From a virus, in the IMG/VR virus record IMGVR_UViG_3300021406_000012, positions 1 to 64,000 of that record: a DNA stretch of 64,000 nucleotides; one strand, given 5' to 3'. This document shows, one piece after another, positions 16,892-25,987 of the stretch. The notes under the pieces are model-generated. The model saw nothing but the letters and a program-made list of their open reading frames with translations. It was not told the DNA's origin and made no database searches. Position 1 is the stretch's first letter, and each line of letters begins with the position of its first letter. Made by a program: the position numbers and the translations under genes.

Positions 16892-19648
16892 ATGGCCGGG
16901 TTTGGCGGATTGGGCGCAATCAGGCTGCCGCCATCCCCAATCGATGGCAGCGTAGACGACCCCGGCGACCTCTCGACCCGCTTCGCGCCGAAAGAGATTA
17001 ACCTCGACGCTGACGACGGCGACATCGACTACGACAAGGCGACCAAGATCGAGACCGAAGACGGTGGCGTCATCGTCTATGTCGGCCCCAGGCGCATCCC
17101 GAAAGAGGATACCGAGTTCGGCGACAACCTTGCCGAGGTGCTCGGCGACTCTGAGCTGAACGGGATCGCCGACGATCTCCTGCGGCTGATCGAACAAGAC
17201 AACGAATCCCGCCGCGAGTGGCTCGACACGCGCGCTCGCGGCATGGAGCTGATGGGCCTTCGCATCGAGTCCATGCGCTCCAGCGGTTCCGATGGCTCCG
17301 CGCCGCTCGAAGGCCAGTCCCAGGTCCGGGCCACGCTACTGGCGGAAGCGGTAATCCGTTTCGGCGCCAACGCCTTCGCCGAGCTGTGCCCCACCGACGG
17401 GCCAGCCAAAGTTTCCGAGGACACGTCGGGCTCGACTGAAGATCTCGACACGCTCTCCGATGCGCTTGAGCACGATCTCAATCACTACTTGACCACCGTC
17501 GACAAGCCGTGGGTTCCTGACACAGACGCAATGCTCCTCCGTGTGGGCTTGGATGGTTGTACCTTCAAGAAAGTCTACCATGACCCGATCCTCCGGCGGC
17601 CGATCTCACGCGCGGTGTTCGGCGACGACCTGATCGTCAACAATAGCGCGACTTCGATCTACGACGCAGGCCGCATCACGCACCGCTCATTCATGCGCCC
17701 GTCGATGATCCGCCGCATGCAGCTCGTCGGGGCCTATCGCGATGTCCCGCTCAACGACACCGGCTTCATCGAGAAGGGACCGATGGAGCTTCAGGCCGAG
17801 CAGATCTCCGGCGTTCGCCGCTTCGACAGCTGGGAGAAGGACGACCGCGATCACGAGATCTTGGAGTGCTACTGCGAGCTGGATCTGCCGGGGTTCGAGC
17901 ACGAGACGGATGGCGAGCCGGACGGCCTCGCGGTTCCCTACAAGGTGGCGATCCACAAGGAGACAAGAACAGTCCTCGAACTGAGAAGGAATTGGAACGA
18001 AGACGACGAGATGTGTTTGCCGAAAACGTATTTCGTACAGTATCCATTCATCCGTGGGTTCGGATTTTATGCTATTGGCCTAAGTCATCTGCTGGGAAAT
18101 ATTACAAACGGCATCACGGCTGCTTGGCGAGAGATAGTAGACGCCGGCATGTTCGCCAATTTTCCAGGCTTATTAGTTGCGAAAGGGGCCGCTAGACAGA
18201 ATAACAACATATTCAGGGTTCCGCCAGGGGGTTCGGCCGAAGTCGAGACCGGCGGCCTGCCGATCCAGCAAGTGGCGATGGGTCTGCCTTACCGATCGCC
18301 AGACTCGGTCTGGGTGGGCTTCGTTCAGCAGCTGAATCAGGAAGGGAAGAGCCTCGGCGGCACGGCCGAGATCATGGTCGGCGAAGGCCGCCAAGACGCG
18401 CCGGTCGGGACGACCCTCGCTCTCATCGAGCAAGCCATCAAACCGCTTATGGCGACGCACAAGAGGCTGTGTGCGGCGCAGAGCGACGAGCTTCAGCTCC
18501 TGTGCGAGCGCTTCCGCGAAGACCCGGAGGCGTTTTGGCGAGCGAACAAGCGCTCCGCCTACGATTGGGATGAGCAAGCCTTCCAGCAGGCGCTGAACAC
18601 GAGTGAAATTGTCACGCGCGCGGACCCGAATACGGCCTCGCATCTCCAGCGAATGCTGCGCAACGCGGCCTTGTATCAGATGGCCAAAGACGAACCGAGC
18701 GCTTTCAATGTCGCTACGATTCGTAAACTCTGCATTCGAGGAATCGGCTTCGCGAATCCTGATCAATTTTTAAATCCGATGCCGTCCGGCCCGCCGCCGG
18801 ACCCGAAGGCCCAGGCCGCGATGCTAACCGGGCAGGCGGCGATGATGGATGCGCAGACACGGGCCGGTCAGCTCCAGCTCGACATGCGCGACAAGCCGCT
18901 CGACGACCAGCAGCACCAAGTCGATGCGCAAGTGAAGATGGCGACGTCGAAGATGGCGCTGCAAAAGCAGCAGCTCGCCACCCATACCGCTGGTTTCCAG
19001 GCCCAGAACGAGGCCCGCAAGCCGCAAATGGAGGCGCAGAAGCAGCAGCATGAGGCCCAACAGAGCCAGCTCGACCGCGCGCACGACACCGCGACGCAAA
19101 TGCGCGAGCAAGCGCACGAATTGAACCTCGAAAGAGGTGGTTGGGCGCATGAAGACCAGCTGCATGCGCGCGATCAGCAGCATGAGCAGCAGATGGGCGT
19201 GCGCGAGCAGATGCACGACCGCGTCATGGGCGCGCAACAGCAGCAATTCGACGCCGCGAGGGACATGCAGGGGCGGCAATTCGATGCCGCGAACGCTCAG
19301 CAGGACCGCGCGCACGAAGACCAGATGGGTCAGCGCGAACAAGCCGTCGAATCGCAGCGCGAAGAGCGCGGCCGCGCTCACGAAGAGCAGATGAGCGAGC
19401 GCTCGCAGCAGCACGAACGTGTCATGGGCCAGCAACAGGCCAGGGCGAAGATCCAAGAGGTGAAAGCGAGGCCTGCGCCGCAGCGCACGAACGGTTCGGG
19501 CTCAGATCGGCAAAAGCGGGCGAGCGGCGGCTCGGTCCATCATCAAATTGAGACGCCCTACGGCACGGCGAGGCGCGCTCCCGACGGTGAATTTTACGTC
19601 CAGCATCCAAAGACCGGCCAATATTTCCGAATCCGGAGGCGATCATGA
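16892..19648 (+). CDS. Portal protein with long Gln/His/Arg-rich C-terminal extension
   Basis: SRREW, LLAEAVIRF.A.AF.EL.P..GP, FKKVY.D, PY.V.I, GFGFYAIGL.HL.G, DAG.FAN.PG, APVGTTLAL.EQ; position after terL. Confidence 0.9.
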   Translation: MAGFGGLGAIRLPPSPIDGSVDDPGDLSTRFAPKEINLDADDGDIDYDKATKIETEDGGVIVYVGPRRIPKEDTEFGDNLAEVLGDSELNGIADDLLRLIEQDNESRREWLDTRARGMELMGLRIESMRSSGSDGSAPLEGQSQVRATLLAEAVIRFGANAFAELCPTDGPAKVSEDTSGSTEDLDTLSDALEHDLNHYLTTVDKPWVPDTDAMLLRVGLDGCTFKKVYHDPILRRPISRAVFGDDLIVNNSATSIYDAGRITHRSFMRPSMIRRMQLVGAYRDVPLNDTGFIEKGPMELQAEQISGVRRFDSWEKDDRDHEILECYCELDLPGFEHETDGEPDGLAVPYKVAIHKETRTVLELRRNWNEDDEMCLPKTYFVQYPFIRGFGFYAIGLSHLLGNITNGITAAWREIVDAGMFANFPGLLVAKGAARQNNNIFRVPPGGSAEVETGGLPIQQVAMGLPYRSPDSVWVGFVQQLNQEGKSLGGTAEIMVGEGRQDAPVGTTLALIEQAIKPLMATHKRLCAAQSDELQLLCERFREDPEAFWRANKRSAYDWDEQAFQQALNTSEIVTRADPNTASHLQRMLRNAALYQMAKDEPSAFNVATIRKLCIRGIGFANPDQFLNPMPSGPPPDPKAQAAMLTGQAAMMDAQTRAGQLQLDMRDKPLDDQQHQVDAQVKMATSKMALQKQQLATHTAGFQAQNEARKPQMEAQKQQHEAQQSQLDRAHDTATQMREQAHELNLERGGWAHEDQLHARDQQHEQQMGVREQMHDRVMGAQQQQFDAARDMQGRQFDAANAQQDRAHEDQMGQREQAVESQREERGRAHEEQMSERSQQHERVMGQQQARAKIQEVKARPAPQRTNGSGSDRQKRASGGSVHHQIETPYGTARRAPDGEFYVQHPKTGQYFRIRRRS

Positions 19649-19893
19649 GCGAACCACTCGATCCCCAAGAAGCGGCCACCCTTTTTTACTCTGGCTCGCC
19701 AATGGCGTTCGTCGCGGTTCCCACCGAGAGCTTCGTCTGCGGCCAATGGATGGGCCAGCGCGCCCTGGTCATGCCGATTCCGTTCGATGACGCTGTCGCC
19801 TACTTCACCGAGCACCCCGTCATGCTTTACGACCCGAACGCGCCGCTAATGACGGCAACAATCACGGCTGGAACCCCCTACACCCCAGCTTGA
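19645..19893 (+). CDS. Hypothetical protein
   Basis: Coupled to portal stop. Confidence 0.55.
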   Translation: MSEPLDPQEAATLFYSGSPMAFVAVPTESFVCGQWMGQRALVMPIPFDDAVAYFTEHPVMLYDPNAPLMTATITAGTPYTPA

Positions 19894-19907
19894 TAAGGAG
19901 AGGAAAC

Positions 19908-20366
19908 ATGGTCTCGCTCGCTCATGGACAATCTGTCGATCTGACCGTCGCCTACACCGATTCTCAGGGCGCACCAGCCCATCCGCCAGGGCCGGTCAAC
20001 TGGACCTCGTCTGACACCTCGATCGCCACCGTCTCGGCCGGGACCGAAGACACCCAGGCGACCGTGACGTCGGTCGCGGCAGGAGCTGCGACCATCACCG
20101 CCGCATCGGAAGGGATCACTTGCGGCATCGACCTGATCGTTGATGCCGGCGAGGTCGGGGCGAGTGAGGGGGAAATCACGGCTGGCGAGCCCTACGACAC
20201 GACGGGATCACCGGGACAGGGTCTGCCGGATCAGGGTCTTCCGCGTCCAGGTCTGCCGGGTCGTCAGCCGGGTCAGCTGCCGGGTCAGCAGCAGCGCCCG
20301 CAGGCTCCGGTGCGGCCGGGTCAGCCGGGTCAACCAGTCGTGCGGACAACGACGATCCGTAGGTAA
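19908..20366 (+). CDS. Ig-like (Big_2) domain protein with Pro/Gly/Gln tail
   Basis: VNWTSSDTSIATV...V.AGAATITA. Confidence 0.8.
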   Translation: MVSLAHGQSVDLTVAYTDSQGAPAHPPGPVNWTSSDTSIATVSAGTEDTQATVTSVAAGAATITAASEGITCGIDLIVDAGEVGASEGEITAGEPYDTTGSPGQGLPDQGLPRPGLPGRQPGQLPGQQQRPQAPVRPGQPGQPVVRTTTIRR

Positions 20367-22708
20367 TGGTCGACGATCTCGGCGACTACGACGTCGACCC
20401 GGTCGAGGGAAATCCCTTTGGCTCGATGGCGTCGTCGCCGAACGATTTCGACGTCGCGCCGGTCGATCACGATCCTTTCGCTGGCGCTGGCGGAACCCCG
20501 GCGCCAGACCAGTTCGAGCTAGCGTCGAGGCAGCCCGAAGCCACGCCGTCGAGCGCTGGCGGTCCGCCCTTGGACCCTGGCGATCGGCAAGACCTGATCC
20601 GGACTGTCTACGGCGAAGCGGCCGGCGAGCCCGCGCTCGGCCAAGCGGCAATCGCCCACGCCATCCTCAACCGCGTCCGAGCTGGTGGCTACGGCCAGGG
20701 CATTGCTGGCGTCGTCCACGCCCCGGCTGCGGGCGTGAACCCGAAGTTCGGCTATCATGAGTTCAGCCCCTGGAACACGGGGCGCGCCACCGAGGGCAAT
20801 CCCGTCGCGCAGAACCTCTCGCCGAAGAACCCGGCTTATGCGCAGATCGGCGACATCGTCGACAAGTCCTATTCGGGTCTCATACCCGATCCGACGCACG
20901 GCGCGACGCACTATTACGGGCGGATGCCGCACCCGCCGTCATGGGCGCCGCCGCTCGCCGCGCTGAACAAGGTCAGGATCGGCGGCCAGACCTTCGTCGG
21001 CGGCGCGGAAGGCCCAGGTCGAGCGCCGATCCAGACTGCCGGCGGCTACGCGGGCGGCGGCCCTGTGCAGATGAACGCGGACTTACAGCGGCGTCTTGCG
21101 ATGATAACGCGGCCTCGACACGGGTTCGCCGATGGCGGCGCGCCGGACGATGATCCGCTTGGCTCCAGCGTCACCATGGCGCCTGATCAGAGCCAAAACA
21201 CGATGCCGACGTTCGCCGATACCGGGCCACGGCAAGATGATCCCTTGTTTGCCGCTCCGGCGAGGCAGCCGGGAGACGACGAGACGCTGGCCCACTACGC
21301 GGGGAATCCGGCGCATTCGATGCCGATGCGGGTTGGCGCTGCGATCGGCGAAGAGGCCAAGCGCATGGGGCAGGGGCTGTGGAGCGCCGCCACGGCTCCG
21401 GGCGATGTCCTTACCGGCAAGGCCTCGATGGCGGACCCAGAAACGCAGCAACGGGTCACGAGCCTCGCCGCGTCGTTGCCCGGAGGAGGGCCGGAGGCCG
21501 CGCTTGGCGCGCGCGGGCCGGTGGGCGCCGCAGCGAAGGCGCTCAAAGGCGCCCCTGCGGAGCGCGAGCTTAACGTTTGGAACCCGACGACTGGCCAGTG
21601 GGAAGGCCCGAAGCCGACGCTGAATCCGCCAGCTGGCACGCAGTTCGATCCGCTGTTCAACTTCGATCCGGCCGTGATGAACAAGGTGCCGGACGTGCCG
21701 CAATTTGAATTGCAGCGCTATGACCCGCCTCGCGGCGTCTCGGATCGCATGCGCGATCTGGTGACCAACTCGGATGTCCGCGCGAAGATGATCGATATCG
21801 TCAAGAACGGCATGCAGACCGTTGGGCTGAGCTGGTACAACACCGGCCAGCTGCGCGGGATGTTCCTGAAAGAACTCGGCGACGAGCAAGGGCAGCAAGC
21901 GTTCGAGAAGTACATGAACCTCGTGTCAGCCACGAGCCCGGAGAACAAAATCCCGCAGAACATCAGGACGGCGAGCTATTTCTATGAGCGCGATGCGCAA
22001 GGCAATCCGGTGCCGGAAAGAGGTGATCCGATTGCGCAGCCCTACGGCTCCAAGGCGCAGAAGCTTCACCAGCAAAACGTGAACAGCGTACTGACCGATG
22101 GCTACGACGTCCTCAAGAACCCGAAGCCGCCGTCCTTCGTTCAGAACCTGATGGGCAATTATGCCCCCGGCACGATGGACCGGCACGCCTTCAAGTTGCC
22201 GGCGATCCTGTCGCGTGATCCGCGTTTCTTGGAGACGTCGTTCACGCCTGAAAAAGGCGCCGACATCGTGCGTCCGCAACAGATGTACCAGAATGGTCAG
22301 CTGACGATGGAGGATGCGGTCAATCAGCCGACGATGTGGGCCGGGATGCCGAACAAGAACGAGTATGCCGCGCTTGAGGGCTGGTATAAGTCGATCGGTG
22401 ATGAGCTGGGGATCACGCCAGCCCAGGTGCAGGCGTCGGCCTGGGTTGGCGGAGGGCATATCACCGGCCTCGCCTCGGCCGCCGACGAGACATTCCTGCA
22501 CTCGTTCCAGGGGCGCGCATTCAACACCGCCTACCACACCGGGCAAACGCCCTCAGAAGTGGTGAAGAAGATGATCAGGGGCGAGCAGCCCCTGCTTTCC
22601 GGCGGGCCGGGGTTGGCTCCGACAGCAGCTCAAACTTCGACGGCCGGGGCGGGAGATTCGCCTCCGCCACCATCTGATCAAGCAGAGCCCGGACATCCGT
22701 TTTATTGA
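20366..22708 (+). CDS. Multidomain virion protein: SleB-like cell wall hydrolase plus HhH/glycosylase-like (DUF7178-like) domain
   Basis: RTVYGEA.GE...GQAAIAHAILNR...FSPWN...DPT.GATHYY; C-terminal WY...SATSP...N...KPPSF.QNL...TMDRH...GITPAQVQASAW. Confidence 0.75.
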   Translation: MVDDLGDYDVDPVEGNPFGSMASSPNDFDVAPVDHDPFAGAGGTPAPDQFELASRQPEATPSSAGGPPLDPGDRQDLIRTVYGEAAGEPALGQAAIAHAILNRVRAGGYGQGIAGVVHAPAAGVNPKFGYHEFSPWNTGRATEGNPVAQNLSPKNPAYAQIGDIVDKSYSGLIPDPTHGATHYYGRMPHPPSWAPPLAALNKVRIGGQTFVGGAEGPGRAPIQTAGGYAGGGPVQMNADLQRRLAMITRPRHGFADGGAPDDDPLGSSVTMAPDQSQNTMPTFADTGPRQDDPLFAAPARQPGDDETLAHYAGNPAHSMPMRVGAAIGEEAKRMGQGLWSAATAPGDVLTGKASMADPETQQRVTSLAASLPGGGPEAALGARGPVGAAAKALKGAPAERELNVWNPTTGQWEGPKPTLNPPAGTQFDPLFNFDPAVMNKVPDVPQFELQRYDPPRGVSDRMRDLVTNSDVRAKMIDIVKNGMQTVGLSWYNTGQLRGMFLKELGDEQGQQAFEKYMNLVSATSPENKIPQNIRTASYFYERDAQGNPVPERGDPIAQPYGSKAQKLHQQNVNSVLTDGYDVLKNPKPPSFVQNLMGNYAPGTMDRHAFKLPAILSRDPRFLETSFTPEKGADIVRPQQMYQNGQLTMEDAVNQPTMWAGMPNKNEYAALEGWYKSIGDELGITPAQVQASAWVGGGHITGLASAADETFLHSFQGRAFNTAYHTGQTPSEVVKKMIRGEQPLLSGGPGLAPTAAQTSTAGAGDSPPPPSDQAEPGHPFY

Positions 22709-22832
22709 GAAGTTCGTTGAGCGGCACCCGCTCAAGCACGGTCCCGCCGTCCTCGCCGAAGATTTCCAGCTCCCAGCGGCCACCTAAGCTGCCGCGCTCC
22801 CGCCAGAGCGGCCAAGCCTTGTAAGTGCTCAT
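22575..22832 (-). CDS. Antisense small gene with own early-type promoter
   Basis: TTGCAA-17-TATATT, operator TTGCA-CGTAA-TGCAA, GGAGTCGAACG-ATG. Confidence 0.55.
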   Translation of the reverse strand: MSTYKAWPLWRERGSLGGRWELEIFGEDGGTVLERVPLNELLNKTDVRALLDQMVAEANLPPRPSKFELLSEPTPARRKAGAARP

Positions 22833-22941
22833 CGTTCGACTCCATTTGCACGTAATGCAAATATAGAAACCCTTTCGCCCAATTGCAATCGGCGCCATAA
22901 ATCCGCGCGTTGAAAGGCTGGACCCGAATGAGGGTCAAGCC

Positions 22942-23991
22942 ATGGGCGAACACAGCGCAAAGGCCTTTACGACCGACAAACTGAAAAAGTTTGCGATCAG
23001 TGGCAATAACAACGGCTCCGGCGGCGACAAAGCTGCGGCGGCGGACGATTACGGGCGGAAAGCCGCCAAAACGAGCGATTCTTCGGCCTTCGCCCAAGGC
23101 GGAGCCGCGAAGGCGCCATCGCTTGGTCGCGCCGGCAGAGCTGGCGGCGGCCGGGTTGCGCGCGCCGAGGGCGGCAGGACCCGCGACATCAGCAAGCTCA
23201 CCGACGGCGGCCCGGAGTCCTATGGCGACCGGCCTCTCATTCGCGCCAAGGGCGGCCGAATCGGGAAGCAGCTCGGCGGCGCTCTGCCACAAGGGACGCC
23301 CCCTGGCTTGGCCGCGCCGCCCCCGGCGGGCCAGATCCCTGGCCTGCCTGGGCTGGGGCGCAAGAAGGGCGGCCGGGTCGGGCGCTGGAAGGGCGGCCCG
23401 TCGTATGACCGGCTCGGCCAGAAAGACGCTATGGCCTCGGACGCCCCCGGTTACGGGGAGGACATCCCTGGTGGCCGAGAATACTACGACTTCATTCGCG
23501 GTGGTCTCGGCACCTCGAAGATCGGAGCGCCGCGAGGCCAAGGCGGCATTGGCTCCGATGAGACCGCTGAGCCAACGGACCAGCGTCGCGGCGGCCGGGT
23601 CGGCCGCGCGCATGGCGGACGCACCAAGGGCAAGGGCAAGACCGTCGTCAACGTCATCGTCGGCGGCCACGGCGATCAGCAGCAGCCCCCGCCGCCGCCC
23701 GTCATGCCGCATCCAGCGATGCCGCCGCCTCCACCTCCGCCGCAGGCCGCGCCACCGAAGCCGCCGATGCCGATGGGCATGCCGATGATGCCTCCCGGCG
23801 CCATGGGCGGCGCTCCGCCGATGGGCATGCCGCCCCCAGGAGGCGGAGGCATGCCTCCTGGGATGCCGCCTCCCGGCATGGGCCGCGCTCACGGTGGCCG
23901 GATCAACGAGAGATTCGGCGCGGCGTCCGGCCAGGGCCGGATGGAGAAGGCGCGTCGCGAGAACGATGGAAAGGTGAAGTTGGCCGAATGA
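22942..23991 (+). CDS. Gly/Arg/Pro-rich virion protein with about ten RAxGG-type repeats
   Basis: RAGGGRV, RAEGGRT, RAKGGRI, RKKGGRV, RAHGGRT, RAHGGRI. Confidence 0.75.
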   Translation: MGEHSAKAFTTDKLKKFAISGNNNGSGGDKAAAADDYGRKAAKTSDSSAFAQGGAAKAPSLGRAGRAGGGRVARAEGGRTRDISKLTDGGPESYGDRPLIRAKGGRIGKQLGGALPQGTPPGLAAPPPAGQIPGLPGLGRKKGGRVGRWKGGPSYDRLGQKDAMASDAPGYGEDIPGGREYYDFIRGGLGTSKIGAPRGQGGIGSDETAEPTDQRRGGRVGRAHGGRTKGKGKTVVNVIVGGHGDQQQPPPPPVMPHPAMPPPPPPPQAAPPKPPMPMGMPMMPPGAMGGAPPMGMPPPGGGGMPPGMPPPGMGRAHGGRINERFGAASGQGRMEKARRENDGKVKLAE

Positions 23992-24221
23992 GCATGTTCG
24001 TGAACAGCGAATCGGACGATCGCACCATCAACAACGACGTCAGGCATCAGTATCGCGTTCTGACTGATGCCGAGAAGACGATCATGGTCCGCATCAAGGA
24101 TGAGGGCGCGCTGTTTCTGGCGATGATTGATTCCGTCATCCCGCAAGGCCGTGAGAACTCGCTCGCCAAGACCAAGATTGAGGAGGCCGTCATGTGGGCC
24201 GTCAAGGGGCTCACGAAATAA
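23988..24221 (+). CDS. Acb2/Tad1-like cyclic-nucleotide sponge (anti-CBASS/anti-Thoeris candidate)
   Basis: YRVLTDAEKTIMVRIKDEG...GRENSLAKTKIEEAVMWAVKG. Confidence 0.7.
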   Translation: MSMFVNSESDDRTINNDVRHQYRVLTDAEKTIMVRIKDEGALFLAMIDSVIPQGRENSLAKTKIEEAVMWAVKGLTK

Positions 24222-24446
24222 ATGGACGCGACATCCATCTACCTCGCCAACAAACTGGTCGAGATGATCGAGGAGAAGCAGCAAGAGATGCTGCGCCCGC
24301 TGATCCAGGGCGCCGCCGCCGACTTCCCCGACTACCAGAAGCGCGCCGGCTACCTCCGGGCGCTTGGCGACGTCATCAGCTGGATTGGCGAAATCAGCGC
24401 CGAAGAAGACAGCGAAGGAAGAGGACCAATTGCCCGCGCATCATAG
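24222..24446 (+). CDS. Small conserved head-module protein
   Basis: L..GAA.DF.DYQK.AGYLRAL, typical of the gene preceding phage GroES. Confidence 0.7.
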   Translation: MDATSIYLANKLVEMIEEKQQEMLRPLIQGAAADFPDYQKRAGYLRALGDVISWIGEISAEEDSEGRGPIARAS

Positions 24447-24837
24447 AATCGTAACCCTCCATCTGGAGGACCCGCGAGACACTATCTGGAACGGTTGCGG
24501 CGAGGATCTCGGCAAGGTCGAGCCGTTCAACCAGCAAGTCTTAGTCGCGACCTATATCCGCCCCGCCACGCGCACCGCGAGCGGCCTGGAGATCGCCGAA
24601 GAGGCGGTCGACGAGGATCGCTATCAGGGCAAGATCGGCATGGTCTTGAAAAAGGGGCCGCGCGCCTTCGTCGATGACGGTCCGGTCCAGTTTTATGGCC
24701 AGAATGTTGAGCCCGGAGATTGGGTGGTCTTCCGGGGTTCTGACGGCCTCAAGAGCATGATCGGCTCCCGCGAGGTCCGGTTCATTCCCGACGTTTTCAT
24801 CAAGGCGAAAATCGAGCATCCGGACGCGGTGTTCTAG
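24430..24837 (+). CDS. groES: GroES/Cpn10-like co-chaperonin
   Basis: PFNQQVLV...TASGLEI...G.VLKKGP.AF...VEPGDWVVF. Confidence 0.85.
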   Translation: MPAHHRIVTLHLEDPRDTIWNGCGEDLGKVEPFNQQVLVATYIRPATRTASGLEIAEEAVDEDRYQGKIGMVLKKGPRAFVDDGPVQFYGQNVEPGDWVVFRGSDGLKSMIGSREVRFIPDVFIKAKIEHPDAVF

Positions 24838-24838
24838 C

Positions 24839-24900
24839 GTGCAAGCCCCCCAGCAAGGCTCGACTGGGCATCACGGGGACTGTGGCCGGGTGACTTGCAC
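24839..24900 (-). ncRNA. TIGR-like stem-loop guide RNA unit 2
   Basis: Stem enclosing CCA-CAGTCCCCG-TGATGCCCA-GTCGAGCCT-TG; operator TTGCA-CGAAC-TGCAA at 24895. Confidence 0.75.
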
Positions 24901-24916
24901 GAACTGCAAATAAACG

Positions 24917-25987
24917 ATGGCGCGGAGCATGGCAAGAGAAACTGACGACCCCGAGCAGGCGACGCATTTCGGCGCGCTCATCGACGAACCGGACGACGAT
25001 CTCTCGCCGGAGGAGCGACTGGAGCCGAAGACGGTCGTCGTCGGCGGCGCGCCGGTCCGCAAGGGCGACAAAAAGCCCACGCCGGCCGAGGTAGACTCGC
25101 CGATGCGCGCCTCGCCGGAGCCCCCGCCGGAGGATGAGGGCGTCCTTGAGCTGAAGCGCCAGCTCGCCAACCAGCAAAGTATGACGGCGCGCGCGGCCCA
25201 AGTGGCCCAGGCCGAGCACCAGCGGCGCATCCAGGCCGAACGCGGCCTAACCCAGTCGAATGTGCAGATGGTCGACGCCGCGATCGAGGCGGCGAAGCGC
25301 GATTCCGAACAGGCGCGAGCCTACTTCCAGGGCGCGCTCGATCGCGGCGACCACAAGGGCGCGTCCGAGGCCCAGGTCCTGCTCTCCGACGCCCGAGCGA
25401 ACCTTCTGCGGCTGATGGAGATGCGAGAGGGCGTCGTCGCCGAGGCGCAGCAGCAGCCACAGCAGCAGCCGCAGCCGAGGCAGGCGCCGCAACCGCAGCG
25501 CCAGTACGCGGACCCTGCGCAATTGATGCAGGCCAACGTCCAAAACCTCTCCGGCCACCTCGACCGAACCGGCTTCCCGAAGAGCGCCGCGTGGATCAGA
25601 AGCCACCCAGAAATGGTCAAAGATCAAACGGCGATCAACGCGGTCGACGGAGCGCACAGCTTTGCCGTCAACACGCTCAAATTGATCCCCGAAACGGACG
25701 CCTACTTCGACAAAATCGAGGAACTGCTTGGCGCAGGAGAAGACCGACAGATGACACAGACCCGCCAGGGCCAGCGCCAGATGGGCCAATTGCAGCGCAA
25801 CATGGCCGCGCCAGCCCGCGCCGAAGCGCCAAGCTTGCGCACCGGCCGCACGCGCGGCACGGCGGTCGCGCTCACCGCTCGCCAGCGTGAGCATGCCCGC
25901 GACGTCCTCGGCATGAGCGACGACGAATACGCGGCCGAGCTGCTCGACGCTCAGTCGCGCGGGAAAATGTTGGGAGCGCGATCATGA
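24917..25987 (+). CDS. Capsid scaffolding protein
   Basis: Acidic N-terminus, coiled coil, AYFDKIE, C-terminal V.LT.RQRE.AR..LGMSDDEYA. Confidence 0.75.
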   Translation: MARSMARETDDPEQATHFGALIDEPDDDLSPEERLEPKTVVVGGAPVRKGDKKPTPAEVDSPMRASPEPPPEDEGVLELKRQLANQQSMTARAAQVAQAEHQRRIQAERGLTQSNVQMVDAAIEAAKRDSEQARAYFQGALDRGDHKGASEAQVLLSDARANLLRLMEMREGVVAEAQQQPQQQPQPRQAPQPQRQYADPAQLMQANVQNLSGHLDRTGFPKSAAWIRSHPEMVKDQTAINAVDGAHSFAVNTLKLIPETDAYFDKIEELLGAGEDRQMTQTRQGQRQMGQLQRNMAAPARAEAPSLRTGRTRGTAVALTARQREHARDVLGMSDDEYAAELLDAQSRGKMLGARS

